The position numbers and the translations under genes were made by a program. DNA of 63,066 nt, the filler included, from Kipferlia bialata (lineage: Eukaryota): NCBI GenBank assembly GCA_003568945.1. It is 7 parts of 7 records of this genome, joined end to end, with 100 filler letters (N's around TTAATTAATTAA, not from the genome) between each part and the next. Parts side by side here need not be neighbours in the genome. Positions count along the whole stretch, not along the records: positions 10,215 to 20,308 come from BDIP01001498.1; positions 20,409 to 30,483 come from BDIP01001499.1; 5 more parts are not named here. The stretch is one strand, 5' to 3'. Under the pieces are notes generated by a model that worked only from the letters and a program-made list of their open reading frames with translations, was not told the origin of the DNA and did not search any database. Of this stretch, positions 10,215-24,100 are shown piece by piece (the first letter of the stretch is position 1; the number at the start of each line of letters is the position of its first letter).

Positions 10215-12669
10215 CCTCTCCCTAGTGGGTCTGGCAGTGTATGAGCCAGACAGTGACTGGGATACGGTGGTGAAGGTACATAGGGGGTGTGAGACACTAC
10301 CCCCTGTCTCTGGTACCCCACTGTACCTGAGGGGGAGTGTGTATGCATGTGTGGAGGGGCAGCTAGTAAGAGTTGACATTAGCACTCAGAGAGCAGAGGG
10401 TCTCTCTCTCTCCCTATGCACCCAGCCCAGACTCTCACTGGCAAGAGATGCCTTAGTACTTGATACTCCCACTGGTGAACGCTACTACCCTCTGCGTCCA
10501 GCGTGTATGGTGGCTGACGCGCATGTCGAGAGCACACCCTATGGAAGGATGGTGGGTGATATGGTGGGTGATGGGGTGGTGCAAGGGATGGCCATCCTAC
10601 CACCTACAGGGGCAGACATTGATGGATGTTGCTTTGATGTATCACGTGGTGTGTGGACTGTCGTAGGCCTTGAGATTGAAGAACTTGTCGCAGTAGGTCC
10701 TAGACTCTCGGCAAGAAGTATCAAGGATCTAGAACGACTTCTCGCGTCTGGTGTTGCGGAGTGTGTAGATGTTACTAGTGTCGATGGCTCCATGGGCAAC
10801 TACTGCCCCATAGGGCTTCTCGCCGACCGACAGTTACACGACTGGACAATTACGGATTGCACTATCAGCTCTATGAGTGGGGCAAGTGCCTATAAGTCTC
10901 GCTTCGTCAACTGCAGCTTTGAAAGCGCCAACCTCAGGCAGACCTCATTCACCGGCTGTACATTCGCCCACTGTGTTTTGGATAGAGTACAGTGTAAGAG
11001 TGCGGTCTTCACGGATGTGGTCTTTGCAGAGGATTGCTCCATGGTTGACTGCAGCTTCATCAGTGCTGTTCTGGACTCAGTGACACTCACAGGAGTGCCA
11101 TTGACTAACTTTGACCTCTCTAAGGCTACTCTTAAGGGTGGTATCACAGAGTTTGACTTCACCGAGTGCACCCTCACTGGGTCAGATCTCTCTCTTGTGC
11201 AAGGACTGACTGACAATATGCTCCACCAAGCGGTTGCTCTGACACAAGTCAACTTGACTGGCTATAACATGGAAGGGTGGGACCTCAGTGGTCTGGATCT
11301 CAGTGGAGCTCTTCTGACAGGCGCTGTTCTCAACGATGCGGTTCTGAGAGGCACAGTGGTATCTACAGAGACAGTCATTGGTCACACCCAGCTACAGCAG
11401 TGTAACTTGACCGGTGCTGTATTCAGTGGTGCTGACCTGTCTGGACGAGATTTGTCAGATCTGTCTCTTACAGGTGTATGCTTCTCTGGTACTAACCTGA
11501 CTGGGTGTGACATGACCTACTCTGACTTGACCGGTGCAGACATGAGTGGCGCTGCGCTGCTGGGTGCCACTCTCACTGGTGTGACTAGTCTTAGTGCCAT
11601 TCAGCTTAGGGATGCTGAGCGTGTTACTGGCGCCACTCTGTCAGGGATAAGTCTTGCAGGGATGTATCTAGCTGGAATCAACCTGAGTGAGACTGACTTG
11701 ACCGGCTGTGACTTCACCGATGCGATACTGACTAATAGTGACTTCTCAGGGGCAACTCTTCATGATGTTACACTAACTGCGGCCAATCTTACTGGGGCCA
11801 CTCTCGCCAGTGCCTCACTCATCGGGGTGATAGGTCTCTCTGACACGCAGCTCAGAAGTATCTCCAGTCTGTCGGGTGCCAACCTGTCAGGTCTTGACCT
11901 GACTAACATGGATCTATCAGACCTGGACATTAACGGTGTAGATCTCACTGGTTCCACCCTCACTGGTGTAACGCTCACTGGTACTACATTTACTGAAGTG
12001 ACTGGTCTCTCCGACTCCCAGATGAGAAGTGTCTCTAGTCTGAGAGGTGCAAATCTGTCTGGGGTAGACCTGTCTCACATGAACCTATCAGGCATGGACC
12101 TTGGCGGGCTTGACCTCTCTGGTGCCTCTCTCACGGGTACAGTACTCACTGGTGCAAGACTCACTGGTGTGACAGGGCTCTCTGACACCCAGCTGAGAAG
12201 TGTGTCTAGTCTAAGACGTGCCAATCTCTCCGGGCTAGACCTGTCTAGCATGGACCTCTCCTCCGTCACACTGACCAACACTGACCTGCGTGGGTGCACC
12301 CTCACTGGCAATCTACTATCAGGAGAGAGTTGGAGGGATGCTACTTTCTCTGTCCAGACACGGCCCCAGTTTGACAGACGCGTCTCTGGGTTGTTACAAA
12401 GATGGCAAGCCTTCCACCTCACAGTACCTGCTCTAGAGGGCCTGGAGTGGAAACTATCTGCTACGGGAAGCGTGTGCATATGCGTAAATGGGAGAAGCGT
12501 CATGTATGACTCTAACGGCACGGTCACATGCTCTAGGGTAGGAACTACTATTGTATTCAGTGGGCCACTCTGTTCTTTCAATGTACACTGTACGCCGGGT
12601 GTGGAGGCAAGGGTGAAAGTGAAGGTGTATGGGTGCAGAAGTGGATCATCAGTCACCGTGAGAATGTAG
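10215..12669 (+). CDS. Pentapeptide-repeat protein, 5'-truncated by the contig edge
   Basis: ORF of more than 814 aa with long A(D/N)L(S/T)x tracts. The N-terminal part is homologous to the 17132 gene (GSVYACVEGQL vs GECMYAEYKGRL; GCCFDVSRGVW vs GGCYCVRGGVW). Confidence 0.9.
11833..12290 (+). repeat. 171-bp (57-aa) internal tandem super-repeat within the pentapeptide gene, about 2.7 copies
   Basis: Units GLSD(T/S)Q(L/M)RS(I/V)SSLxxANLSG start at 11833, 12004 and 12175. Confidence 0.85.
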
Positions 12670-13199
12670 GCGGAGTGTCAACAAGGAGTCCAGAAACCTG
12701 GAAGATGACGCATAGAAGAACTATAGAGCACACTCGAATGGTGCTCATCTACATAGGGAAAACTGTTACTTAGAATATATATCTAAGTCTCAACGTGTCT
12801 GTTGGATGATCAAACGAGTATATCCATCATGCACTGCAACCTCTTGAGGAGGCAACCTTGCCACCACACATTATGAGATGTCTTACAAGACACATCGAAG
12901 ATAATTAGATACCAACATTGATTCAAATGAAACATCACATCACCACAAGTTCAAGAAAGTCAGTCTCTCATCTCTGAGCCTCAGAGTGTCAAGGTTAGAA
13001 ACGATACTCGCCCCGAATATCATTATCGTGACAGTGGCTGACACTGCCTGCCCTATCACTATACACGAGAGAAACCCTTGAATGGTTCTCTGGACCCATT
13101 TCACGCTGACTAGTTCACAACAGAGAGAGTCTCTCTGTTGTGAAGTTGGTCTCTCTGAGGGAGACCAACATGTACAGTGTAGAGCAATAGTGGAAGCAC

Positions 13200-13460
13200 A
13201 ACGACTCAAGCTTTATGTCTCAATTCCTATGAATGCCACTGGGAGCGACCTCGGGTGTAGTAGGTGTATGTGTGCCATCATTTGGATGAAAGTTAAAGCA
13301 AGCACAGTCAGACAGAGTTCTGATGAATTCAGGGGGGCCAATGGATCTTCTCATATCATTATTACGCCGGGTGTGGAGGCAAGGGTGACGGTGAGTCTCC
13401 AGGTTGGAGGTGTATTGGTGCAGAAATGGGTCAGCAGTCACAGTAGAACTAGTAGGTATT
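13200..13460 (+). pseudogene. Orphan diverged copy of the C-terminal domain of the upstream pentapeptide gene
   Basis: TACGCCGGGTGTGGAGGCAAGGGTGA is identical at 12591 and 13363. The peptide ATGS...TPGVEARV is shared, and the copy is frameshifted near its end. Confidence 0.7.
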
Positions 13461-14492
13461 GACGTCTGGGAGTCCTAAAGTTCTATCACTCTCACTCTAG
13501 GGATGGCATCATTGCCCTGGCCAGACAGTGTCTAAACAGAGAGAGAGAGTCTCTCCAAAGAAATAGAGAGAGAGAGACACCATTGTATTTGTTCTTTGAA
13601 CTACTACTTTGTGTGGCCGTTAAGACTTTGAGTGCGGTCTGGCTGCAAATGAATCGTCATGTTCCGTTCTTCCAACAGAAGCCATATCTTGAGTGAAGTC
13701 CGTGCCTAGACCTATTCATGGCTATCTTGTTATTCCAGGGTATCACAGAGTATCTCTCAGTGTGTAAATGTGAGGGTGGTTGAATACTTCACCACTAACT
13801 AAACAGTCTTGAAGGCTTCAACTTGATGCCCGTAATCAATGGCAAACATCATGTTGTCTCTTCTTCAGTCCTAAGAGAGGTTGTTGAGATCAGAAGACCC
13901 ACATATAGCCCATAAATACACCAGTTGTCCTTTGGGAGAGAGCAGTACATCTTTCTACTTGATGTCATCAAGTGAAGGAGACGGAGACAGTATGAGGACA
14001 TTCCAGGAATTGATGGCACATCTACACTCTGAGATTGCGATGGACAGATCAGACAGAGGCAAGGAGCCTAAGAGGTATGTACCAATACTGGTAGGGAACA
14101 CGTGACAACTGCCATACGCGACCTGTAGTGTATCAGTGTACGTGTCATTATCAACCCTGGACACACTGATACCATCTATGGTCTGAAAGTGATTTTTGGT
14201 GTACAGTGATGAGTGCATGTGAATACATATTCTGAAGTTTTCACTTCTTCATATACTTCATTTTCGGAAATAGTATACAGTATATACTATTTACAGTAGA
14301 GGTAAGAGATCTCAGTCATAGATACTGTCGTTGTGAGTGCATGTATAATCCAGTTTTGGTGTCTGTGTCACAGCGAGTGAACCATAGTACCCACAATGAT
14401 TCAATGCATCTACAGTGTTGGAGTATTGTCGATGTCTCTTTCACTCCAGTATCAGTGCTAGCCTCAGGCAGATCTCCACCTATACCCAAGAG

Positions 14493-15903
14493 ATGGCAGG
14501 GCACGAGTCATCGACAGCACTTGAACTGGGGTCTGTGGAGGTGTCTCTACCAGAGGACCACCCAGTAAGTAGACTGATTCTCAATATAGTGCCGACCGGT
14601 CCACAGAATGCAGTGTATTTCAATGATAGACAGCAGCTGACTTCCTATGAGGATGGAAACGCTGTCTGCTGCTCTCTGGGACCTGCTGATTACTACTCCA
14701 TCGCACACCGATATTCACCCCTTGACTTTACGTTCCAAGTAGAGTGCATAGATGGTTCGGCCGTATCGGTGCCGGACCTAAGACGCCTGACTTACGGCGA
14801 TCCATATGCCTCTGTTTTGGGCTCCTTTTTTGCCTACGGGAGAGAATCCTTCCCCATCCCACGTGGAAAGACGCTATCTTACGGTAGTGGTAGGAAGGAC
14901 TGGATATCCCACTCTGAGGCAGACACTTGTGTGACAAGATACATTGACACCAATGGTGACAGTGGTCGCATACCCAAGTTCCTTGGCCACAGAAGTCAGT
15001 CCCTCATACAATCCCAGGCTTGCTGCCTGGAGGGATTATTCGTGGTGTTTGGTGGGCGTAGGCCCTACGACAACACCGTCTTCAACAGAGCAACCATCTT
15101 TGACCCCGATACAGATGAGTGGACATTGGATGGGAGGGAGTGTCCAGATATGCCAGACAGAATAGTGCATGCGGTGAGCAACGACGTACTCCACGTCTTT
15201 GCAAAGGAAGGAACCGGGCACTGGGTGTATACTCTAGCTGGAGGGTGGAGTGAGGATACGTCTCTGCCAGACAACGTGGACAAGCCCTATATGACAAAGG
15301 TCAGTGGGAGTGTCCTAGTACACTTTTATACCAGTGACACTATGTACTACAATTATGTGTACTGCGTAACAGCAGAATCATTCTATCGATGTGTGTTCTT
15401 GTCTAACCCAGACATTTGGCCGTCTCATTGCAATGTTCTGTGACAACGGCATTTACCTGTTCGACACGATTAGCGGTGAGTATGTCAGGGTGTCAAATGA
15501 CTCATCTGACTCAGATGAGAAGAATGTGTATAAAGGGGTTGTTGTCGGGGAGAGCATGATCCTGTTCAATGTGAGAGCCTGTAGGCCAGTCAAGGAGGGG
15601 GATCCCTCAGAGTCCGACTCTGACGCTTCCGATAGCTCTCAAGACACCCTCTACTCACTTCGCAACGCACGGGGCGGATCATCATACTTAGAGCGCCGTG
15701 CACTCTATAGAGAGAGGGAAAAGGAGAGAGAGAGGAGCAGGGAGAAGGCTAGAAGGGAAAGGAACTGCACCATCTCCTTCTCGCTGCTCACTCTACACGA
15801 TGGCCTCACATATCCAAGTGACCTCATGGAGTGGGCATGTCTAAGTGGAGGCAGTTTCGACATAGACTACAGGCCCCAGGAGGGACAGGAGTTGTGGGAG
15901 TAG
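14493..15903 (+). CDS. Kelch-like repeat protein, join(14493..15299,15412..15903)
   Basis: One phase-0 intron (GTCAGT...CTAACCCAG, 15300-15411) joins the two ORFs. Motifs FVVFGG...IFDPDTDEW and YLFDTISGEY. Confidence 0.8.
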
Positions 15904-17131
15904 TGCCCAAAGCGTCAGATTGGTATGGCGGATGTTGGACGTACAGTTGATCTACACCAAGTGTCTGACACGTTATCGCCTTCCATGGGTCAAAATGACA
16001 GCATCTAGACCCCGAGTCCAGTCGAGACTACTGACACGACTTCTTTCTCTTGTACGTACTGAAAATCAAAGCTGTAAAGCAAAATAGAAAGTCAAAGTGG
16101 ATTCTATTGGGTAAGAGAAGACAGTTGATGAGCCCCACTTCAGTGGATACATGACCCCTAATGATTTGGATAAAGTATGGTGTCATGCCCGACATAATTT
16201 AGTGACAATATTGTCTCTCTCTCTCACTCACTTACACTCAGAGTGGACCGTCTTGCATATCCGTATGACCTGACAGCTGCAGGGAGGCCAGTCGCGGCCC
16301 CTACGACACTTCCATTGTGAGTCACGGTAAGAGACCTCTCATCCATGTCGAGGGTGACTGTAGCGCTATTGTGAGTACAGACGTACATATGTACATGGTG
16401 AGAGAAAGAGGGGGAGAGAGAGATAGAGAGAAACTGAGAGACCGGCGACCCATGTCGAGGGTGAGTGTGGCGCTGGTTAGTTAGCGAAACATACTTACTT
16501 TAAGATTGTTATACCTGAAATATTTGTAATAAGCAACTACTCATGTACCTCTTAAAGTAACCTACCATTCACTGACACTTACCTAAAGCCATTGTAGATC
16601 TCAGAACTTCCACACTTGGCGTTGAAGCCCCAGTCTACAATGAGATTGGGTGAAGCGACAAGATCCCGATAACCAACAGAACTGTCAGGATGCAGCAATA
16701 TAGTCACAAAGATATACCTTTGCCAATACACCATGTTTCAGTCCATAGGGTCTTCTCGACGTTGAAAGCTGCCCCACAGACTCCAAACCCTGTAGCTGTG
16801 TTAGAAACTCTGCGAGCAGAATGACAGTGATACAATTACAATGTCCACTCACCGTCATTGGTGTCGACCACCGTTACTGTCCAAGTGTGCACCCCAGAAC
16901 TATACACAGCATCTCCAACGGCCTATTGTGAACCAGTGCCTTCTAGAAAAAGCAATATCAATACATAACGGAGATTCATTCAAATGAGATCCAACGATTT
17001 TTAGCTGATGCTTATCATTATCCTCAGTCATTCGGAATGCAAGTACATGTCCGAGACGTACCTGGCTTTCAGCCCAACTGTCACCTCCCTGCACGTCTCG
17101 GTTGTCATTTGATATGTGACACTGGGAGCCA

Positions 17132-20075
17132 CTAAGTGCCTGGAATAGTGAGGATATAGACATGACTAGGTAAATACTTGCAATATAGTGAGCTATAAGA
17201 GTATGGTAGATCATTCCGTAGCACGGAATCCTTGCAAACATATGCCGGTACCTTGCTCCACGTTCCTATAGTTGGTGCCACAATCGTCACATCCTGTCCA
17301 GTCCAGTCGAGTATAGCGCCCTTTAGGTGTTTCTTGAGGAAAGTGGACCCTTCCACGTTACAACCCCTTAGGTCGCATCCCTCAAAGCAGATCTCAGAAA
17401 GGTCGCAGCCTGAGAGGTCAAGGCCTGCCAAACTGGCACCTTTAACACTCTTTGCAGAGCGGATGTGTGCAGAGGTGAGACCAGTGACACCTCTAAGGTC
17501 AGCATATCCAAAGTCTACACCATCAAGAGTAGAGCCTGTGAAATCGGCTCCAGTGAGGTTAGCTCCGACGATGTAGTGAGTAGCTTCAGTCTCGTTGTCT
17601 GCTGTCAGATGGTACTCGAGTCCTCCACTGGAGAAGTCGCAGTCAGTCACATCTGTTCTGCTCAGATCAACTCCACACAAGGACATCGTGCTGAAGTTGC
17701 ACTGAGTGATGGAGGAGAGAGAACCAATCTGTTCCACAGTGAGACCCTTTACACCACTCATATCAACTCCTGTCACTCTGCTACCAGTCATATCCCATCT
17801 CGACACGTCATTGTCCTTGAAGTCATCAGAGGTCAAGTCAAGGTTGGTCTTGTCTACTAGGGGGAGAAGGTTGTCCCCGATGAGTGTGCATCCCTTGAGG
17901 CTCATGCCTGGCGTGTCGCACTCCTTGAAAGTGATGTTAACGATAGTGGCACCAGAGACTGATGCAATACCGCTCAGGTTACACCGGGTAAAGGTGCAGT
18001 TGAGCAGTGAGGCTCCATGCAAATCACAATGATTGAGGTCACACTCTGTGAACTCACACTTGCTCAGGTGTGTGAGAGAGATGTCAGTGAATGAGCAGTT
18101 GTTGAACTTCCAACCATCAAGCCTGTGCTTGGAGAGGGCATCTTCTACAGCCACTCTCTCTACCTCTATACAGGAAGAAGAAGGAGAGAGAGCCTGGGAT
18201 AGAAGGTCCTCTTGACAGCAGATACGCACCACCTCGTCGTCACTTGTCTGCTCTCTCTCCTTCTCGGCCTTTCCGTCCATCTCACTCCACACACCGCCTC
18301 TCACACAGTAGCAACCACCATTCTCTGAGATTATCCCATCTACACAAGTAGAACCAACGCACTCTCCTATTGCACGTCTGCCACCAGCAGTGGATACTAT
18401 AGGGTGTTCACCCACTGCAACCCCTGTTACTACCCTCTGTACCCTCATACCGGTGGCAGTGGGTAGCACTATGCACTGGCTGTCACTGCTGTATAGCGGC
18501 TGTCCAATCAGAGACAGAGGGTGCATGGTGGTGCATCTGTTGTCGGGGTCAAGGGGAACGGCGAGCAGGCGACCCTTATACTCTGCGTACATACACTCAC
18601 CAACCACTATTGCCTCTGTAGACACAAGGGGTAGTGTAGCTACACCAGGGTCCGAAACAAGGCTCACACTCCACTCTGATGTCGAGTAGTTGAACTCTGC
18701 TAGTTCCACGACGTCAAGTGACTCAGTAGCTAGGGAGGCAACCACAAGACGGTTGCCTATTGAGCACTCGACAGAGGGTGGGAAGGGGAGTGATGAGGTG
18801 CCGTCATCAAGCCATGGAAGGGGGTCACTCTTCCTTAGGACATCACTCTCATCGGCACTCTTAAGCATAGTGCACTGCATAAGGGGGGAGAGATCCATCA
18901 GACGTAGATTGGAGGCTAAGTCCGTGTAGATCAGGTGGGTACCATGTACCGCGTAGGATACTGCATCCACAGATAGTGGCACACAGAGCGTGTCTCGCAC
19001 AGCTACCTGGAGTGCCCAACCTGCTTTGTCCCCCTCACTCTCGGACAGTGTAGTATGGAACACTGTCCCAATACTGGAGGATACTTGGACAGCTGCCTCT
19101 ACCTTGGAAGAATAGACAGCCCCACTTCTCAGACAGACAGACACGCCCTTGGCGCACTCGGTAGATGACGAGAGTCTGGCTACTCCTCCACAGCAGGAGA
19201 GGTGAGACACATCCTTGGCAGGGATGGGGGATGTGACCTCGCAGTAGACAGATAGAGTGGGAGTGGGGTTGGACGTGTCGAGGTGAAGCAGGTGGGTGAG
19301 GGAGTCTGCTGCACCAACAGCCACTGTCAAGGCCCCAGTGTCACTGTCCCTACCCATAAGAACACAAGCACTGCTAGTGTCCTGTCTACACTCTCTTAGC
19401 AGAGCAGCTGCTGGCTGTGTGATGTCCATCTGCACTCTCTCCCACCCTATTGTATTGCCCACTTTGCCTACTCTGTACACAGTAGCAAGTGGTGTATCCT
19501 CTTCACCACTTCTAGGGGGTAGCATACACAACAAGTGGTGGATACCCCCCTGGGTACTCACTGCACTCCACCCTCCCTCTCTTGCACCACTAGGTACACA
19601 GCCTAGAGGCACCACCTGCTGCACACTACCCTTAGCTATCTGAAACAGGCCACGTCTGCAGGTAGAGAGTACAGACACAAGTGGGGTAGGCACAGTACCA
19701 CTCTGAAGTGGGCTTCCAAAGATAGCAGTATCAGGGTCCACGTGCATACCACTGATACGTGCGAGGACATGGTAGGAGAGAGAGGGGTATGCAGTGTCTG
19801 CGAGTGTAGGTGTGCTGCGTGGTGTGTCTTGTGCCTCTGTAACAAAGGATGCATACAGGGTGAGGGGGCCTATGTGGGAGGCGTCTGTCAGGTACTGAGG
19901 GTGAGATCAGTTAGAGTAAGTATATTCAGTATATATACATATATCATATATACATACAAATAGATGTAGATAGCACAGCCACACATACCCTAAGCATGCC
20001 CACTGGTGTGTCCATGGGTATGGGGTGTGGGGAGGAAGAGGACTGGAGGATGACATGGGTGGGCAAAACATGTAC
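17132..20075 (-). CDS. Pentapeptide-repeat protein with a long N-terminal region; 5'-partial, complement(join(17132..19894,19989..20075))
   Basis: The 871-aa ORF extends in frame to an acceptor (CTCACCCTCAG) before 19894, and an 87-nt upstream exon joins in phase 0. Pentapeptide tracts lie in the C-terminal third. Confidence 0.88.
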
Positions 20076-20308
20076 CTGATGGTTATATATATATATTAAT
20101 ACAAGAGAGAGAGAAATAGAGTGGAGGATGACATGGGTGGGCAAATCATGCCCCTAAGAGTGAAAGTAACTAGAAGGGAGAAAGACAGAGGGAGAGGATG
20201 ACATGTGTGTGTATCGGATGTAAGTAGTGACTTGATATACACATATCCACAGAATTAGAGGATAAGAATGAGACTCAGGGGGGGGGGGGGGGGGGGGGGA
20301 GAGGGAGA

Positions 20309-20408
20309 NNNNNNNNNNNNNNNNNNNNNNNNNNNNNNNNNNNNNNNNNNNNTTAATTAATTAANNNNNNNNNNNNNNNNNNNNNNNNNNNNNNNNNNNN
20401 NNNNNNNN
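20309..20408. other. Artificial contig linker
   Basis: N44-TTAATTAATTAA-N44. Confidence 0.98.
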
Positions 20409-20416
20409 TGTATGTT

Positions 20417-20465
<49 letters not shown>

Positions 20466-20533
20466 GCTCACTGGATGTATGCATTCAATTCTCTCATTTC
20501 ACAAACATGTCTTTGTGTCTCTTCACTCACTTT

Positions 20534-21173
20534 CTAACATCAGAATCCTTCCCCCTCCTATGGCTGGAGCAACTATCAAATAATCTCTCTCTCGACCCAA
20601 TCGCTGTTTGTATACATATATATATATTTATGTATGCATATTAATAGTACTCTAAATGTATATAACATCAGAGTTCCTAGTTCCTATATATACTTTTGTC
20701 TCTTCACTCGTTCTAATACCAGGGTCCCTCAGTAGTCCCCCATATGGTGAGACCAACTATTCAAATATCTCTCTCTCAACTCAATCACTTCTATATATAA
20801 ATATATATATATATATATATGTATCTAGTATATATTCTTGATGTATCTAACATCAGAGCCCCTCCCCCTCATATGCTGACTCCAGCAGTGAAGAACCTCT
20901 CTCTAAACTCAATCATATATATATATATATATATATATCAATATTCCCTCTCTCTTATATTAGAGACCCTTCTTTCAGTGACTCCACCCCTAATAGAGCA
21001 TCTCTTATTTTCATATGTGTGTATATTGGTGTGTACCTAACCTCAGAGTCCCTCGTATGATGACTCCACCAGTGAAGAGAGTATCTCTCTCTCAGCTCAA
21101 TCACAAATGTATATTCACCCACCCACACACATATATATACGTATATGCGCATGTTGGATGTATCTAATTCCAG
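20534..21173 (+). repeat. Ladder of about 6 degenerate acceptor-side echoes of the exon starting at 21174
   Basis: CTAAY-n-CAG followed by AGCCCC...TA(C/T)GGTGACTCCAGCAGTGAAG-like copies at about 20534, 20662, 20713, 20847, 20960 and 21037. Confidence 0.8.
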
Positions 21174-24100
21174 AGCCCCTCCTCATACGGTGACTCCAGC
21201 AGTGAAGAGGAGACCGGTGACACCCACTTCCACAGTGACAGGGAGGGAGGGGGAGAGAGGGAGAGAGAGGGAGGGGGAGAGAGGGAGAGACGCATTGTGG
21301 CCCAGACCCCTACAGAGACACCAAGGTACTATACATATATGAAGAGAGTTACCCCAGTGTATTATAATTGCCATGATATATATCTAATGTTTCATTATCA
21401 ATAGTGCATTATCAATAGTGCAGTTCATTTATTAACTAAAGAAAAGGACTATATTCAATTACACCGACCCACATATATCATTGGAGTATCAGGTTGTGTT
21501 ATCCATCCACAAACAACTATTTTCACTATCAGGTTTCTAAATGCCTTCAAGAGAAACCAAACACCTGTCACAGTAGACAAGGAGGGAAGAGAGGGGGGGA
21601 GAGAGAGAACTGACACCCCTGAGGAGGGAGAGAGGGAAGCAGAGCGTCTGCTGGGCGATGACTCGGCCATTGACATATCATACCCCCCGCACAGAGAGCA
21701 CATATCACCTGGGAAGGAGGTGCCAGTGGTGAGGGGGTCTGGAGAAGCAAAGGCCGTGGCAAAGCCTGCACCTAAGCATATCCCTGTACCCTCTGTTCCC
21801 GTGATCACGGTTCGGCCACTCAGAGAGCAGGTTCCACCTGGGAATGAGGTTCCTCCCTCAGTAGTAGTGTCAAGCCATGTCCCTGTACATCATGTACCTT
21901 CAGATCCTTCAGTTCCTGTGAAAAGGGTCCAGGCAGTCCCGCCTGTCCAAGATGCATCTCTCTCTCTCCCTCTCTCTCAGACCTCTCTCTCCCCCCCTGT
22001 GTCTCTGCCTGACCTGGCCCAGAGACTAGTAGGGGCAGAGGCAGAGGGGAGGAGAGAGACCACAGCACTAATTCAGAGGTATTATACACTATAGTAGTAT
22101 ATACTCATATATATAGTATACCTATATATACACAGAGACTAGTAGGGGCAGAGGCAGAGGGGAGGAGGGAGACATCTGCCCTTATCCAGAGGTACTACTT
22201 CTACTATACATGCATTTGTATTATATATATGTGTACGCATATACCAGCATATATACACTGGTTTTAGTAGATGCAGAGAATACTCAGGCGGACGCAGAGG
22301 GTGCCATCGTCTTTGATATATTACTGTATACTTCATCCTCCCTTATCCTCAGGACACAGAGGGTGCTATATATCATAAATAATATCATATATATTACCAT
22401 TATAGATTGAATACTATATACTATTGTTGCTTATCCCCCCTTATCCTCAGGACACAGAGGGTGCATGTTACTTTTGTATGTCTTCCCTATCATATTCTTA
22501 CGATATATATATCTCGCGTTTCCTATTGTATATTTCGGTAATATATATCTCACCCTAATCCTCAGAACACAGAGGGTGCTGGAGATGGGCAGCAGAGGTG
22601 GGGTGTACACACCACTCGGCGAGGAGTACTACAAGATGCAGGTCAGTGGTATATGTATGTATGTATATACAACATATCTATAGTGAGTATAGATATAATT
22701 ATACACACCACTCGGGGAGGAGTACTACAAGATGCAGGTACATATACATACATATATATATATATATATACATACCTATGATGACTTGCAGGTTTCGGGG
22801 AGGAGTACTACAAGATGCAGGTATTTTGATGGATATATACATTTCAAATTATTGATGATTAATAGGTGAGAGGTTTTATGGCTCTTAGTTGTTTCTTCTT
22901 TCAGCATTACAGTTACCTTAACAAGATAAAGGTTTGTGTATTCTCACTTGTCAGTAGCATCATATGTTTATTTGTATATGTATTTATAGGGAAGAAAGAG
23001 ACCTCACTCCCAGGCCAAGCGGGAGATGAAGCACCGACTGGAGATGGAGTTTCTCTCCACTCTGAAGGAGAGAGAGAGGGAGCAGCAGGTGCGGTTGCAC
23101 TTTGGTCTGTTATGTATATTATATACCCTCGATAATTTATGTGTTATAAGTAAGATGTCAGTTCACCTCATCTTTCGACGAAATAATAGGAGGCAGTATA
23201 TCAGTACATACTCATTATATATAGTGACAGTGATATGATCTCCCTCTGCCTCACTTCAGCTGTTGAGGGAGAAGGAGGCAGTATCAGTATATACTATTCC
23301 AATAGTATTAATAATGTCATATATCTATTAATAATACTATTAATCATCACTTCACTCACCTCAGCTGTTGAGGGAGAAGGAGGCAGTATCAGTATCTCTT
23401 TTTGATCTAATAATACTACTAATAATATTGCATTTATAATTTATCATCACTTCCCTCACTTCAGCTGTTGCGGGAGAAGGATACAGTATCACTATATCCT
23501 ATTAATCTAATTGCATTGATAATTGTATTATATCTATTAATAATACTATTCATCATCATTTCTCTCACTTCAGCTGTTGCGGGAGAAGGAGGCAGTATCA
23601 GTATATACTATAAATCTAATAATACTATTAATAGTAGTATATCTATTAATTAATAGTACTATTAATCATCATTTCTCTCACCTCAGCTGTTGAGGGAGAA
23701 GGAGGCAGCGGAGCAGAGGGAGAGAGAGAAGGAGGAGAGGATAGCAGAGCTGTTGAGAGCGGCGGAGGAGAGAGAGAAGAAGCACAAAGAGGAGCTGAAG
23801 GTACTGTGGTGATATCAGTGTCATATATATGCAGATAGGATTCACTCTAATAGTGTATTGTTACGACTTCCCGGTTTCTTTCATGTTATACATGAAACTA
23901 TTACGATTCACATATTGTTATACTGTATGTGTATATAGTAGTCTAATACCAGGCCCTTCAGTCCGTATCTATGCCCCACACAATTCCAACAGCTCCCGTG
24001 GCTGAGGTAGATGATAGTTTATGACATACTGTGCTTCTAATAACTTCACTATTATATTTGATATAGACACAATTCCCTCGTCTTTATATGCTTTCGGGGT

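Noticed and set aside
10539..12656. Antisense ORFs over the pentapeptide gene (and plus-strand ORFs over 17132-19747)
   Set aside because: These are shadow frames of the real repetitive CDS with no independent features.
13960..14105. Small ORF MSSSEGDGDS... with a possible GT donor
   Set aside because: No convincing downstream exon or homology.
23160..23710. Regularly spaced repeats resembling a CRISPR array (also 57250-57762 and 38736-39091)
   Set aside because: The repeats are exon-edge copies, the spacers are mutually related intronic sequence, no cas genes are present, and the context is eukaryotic.
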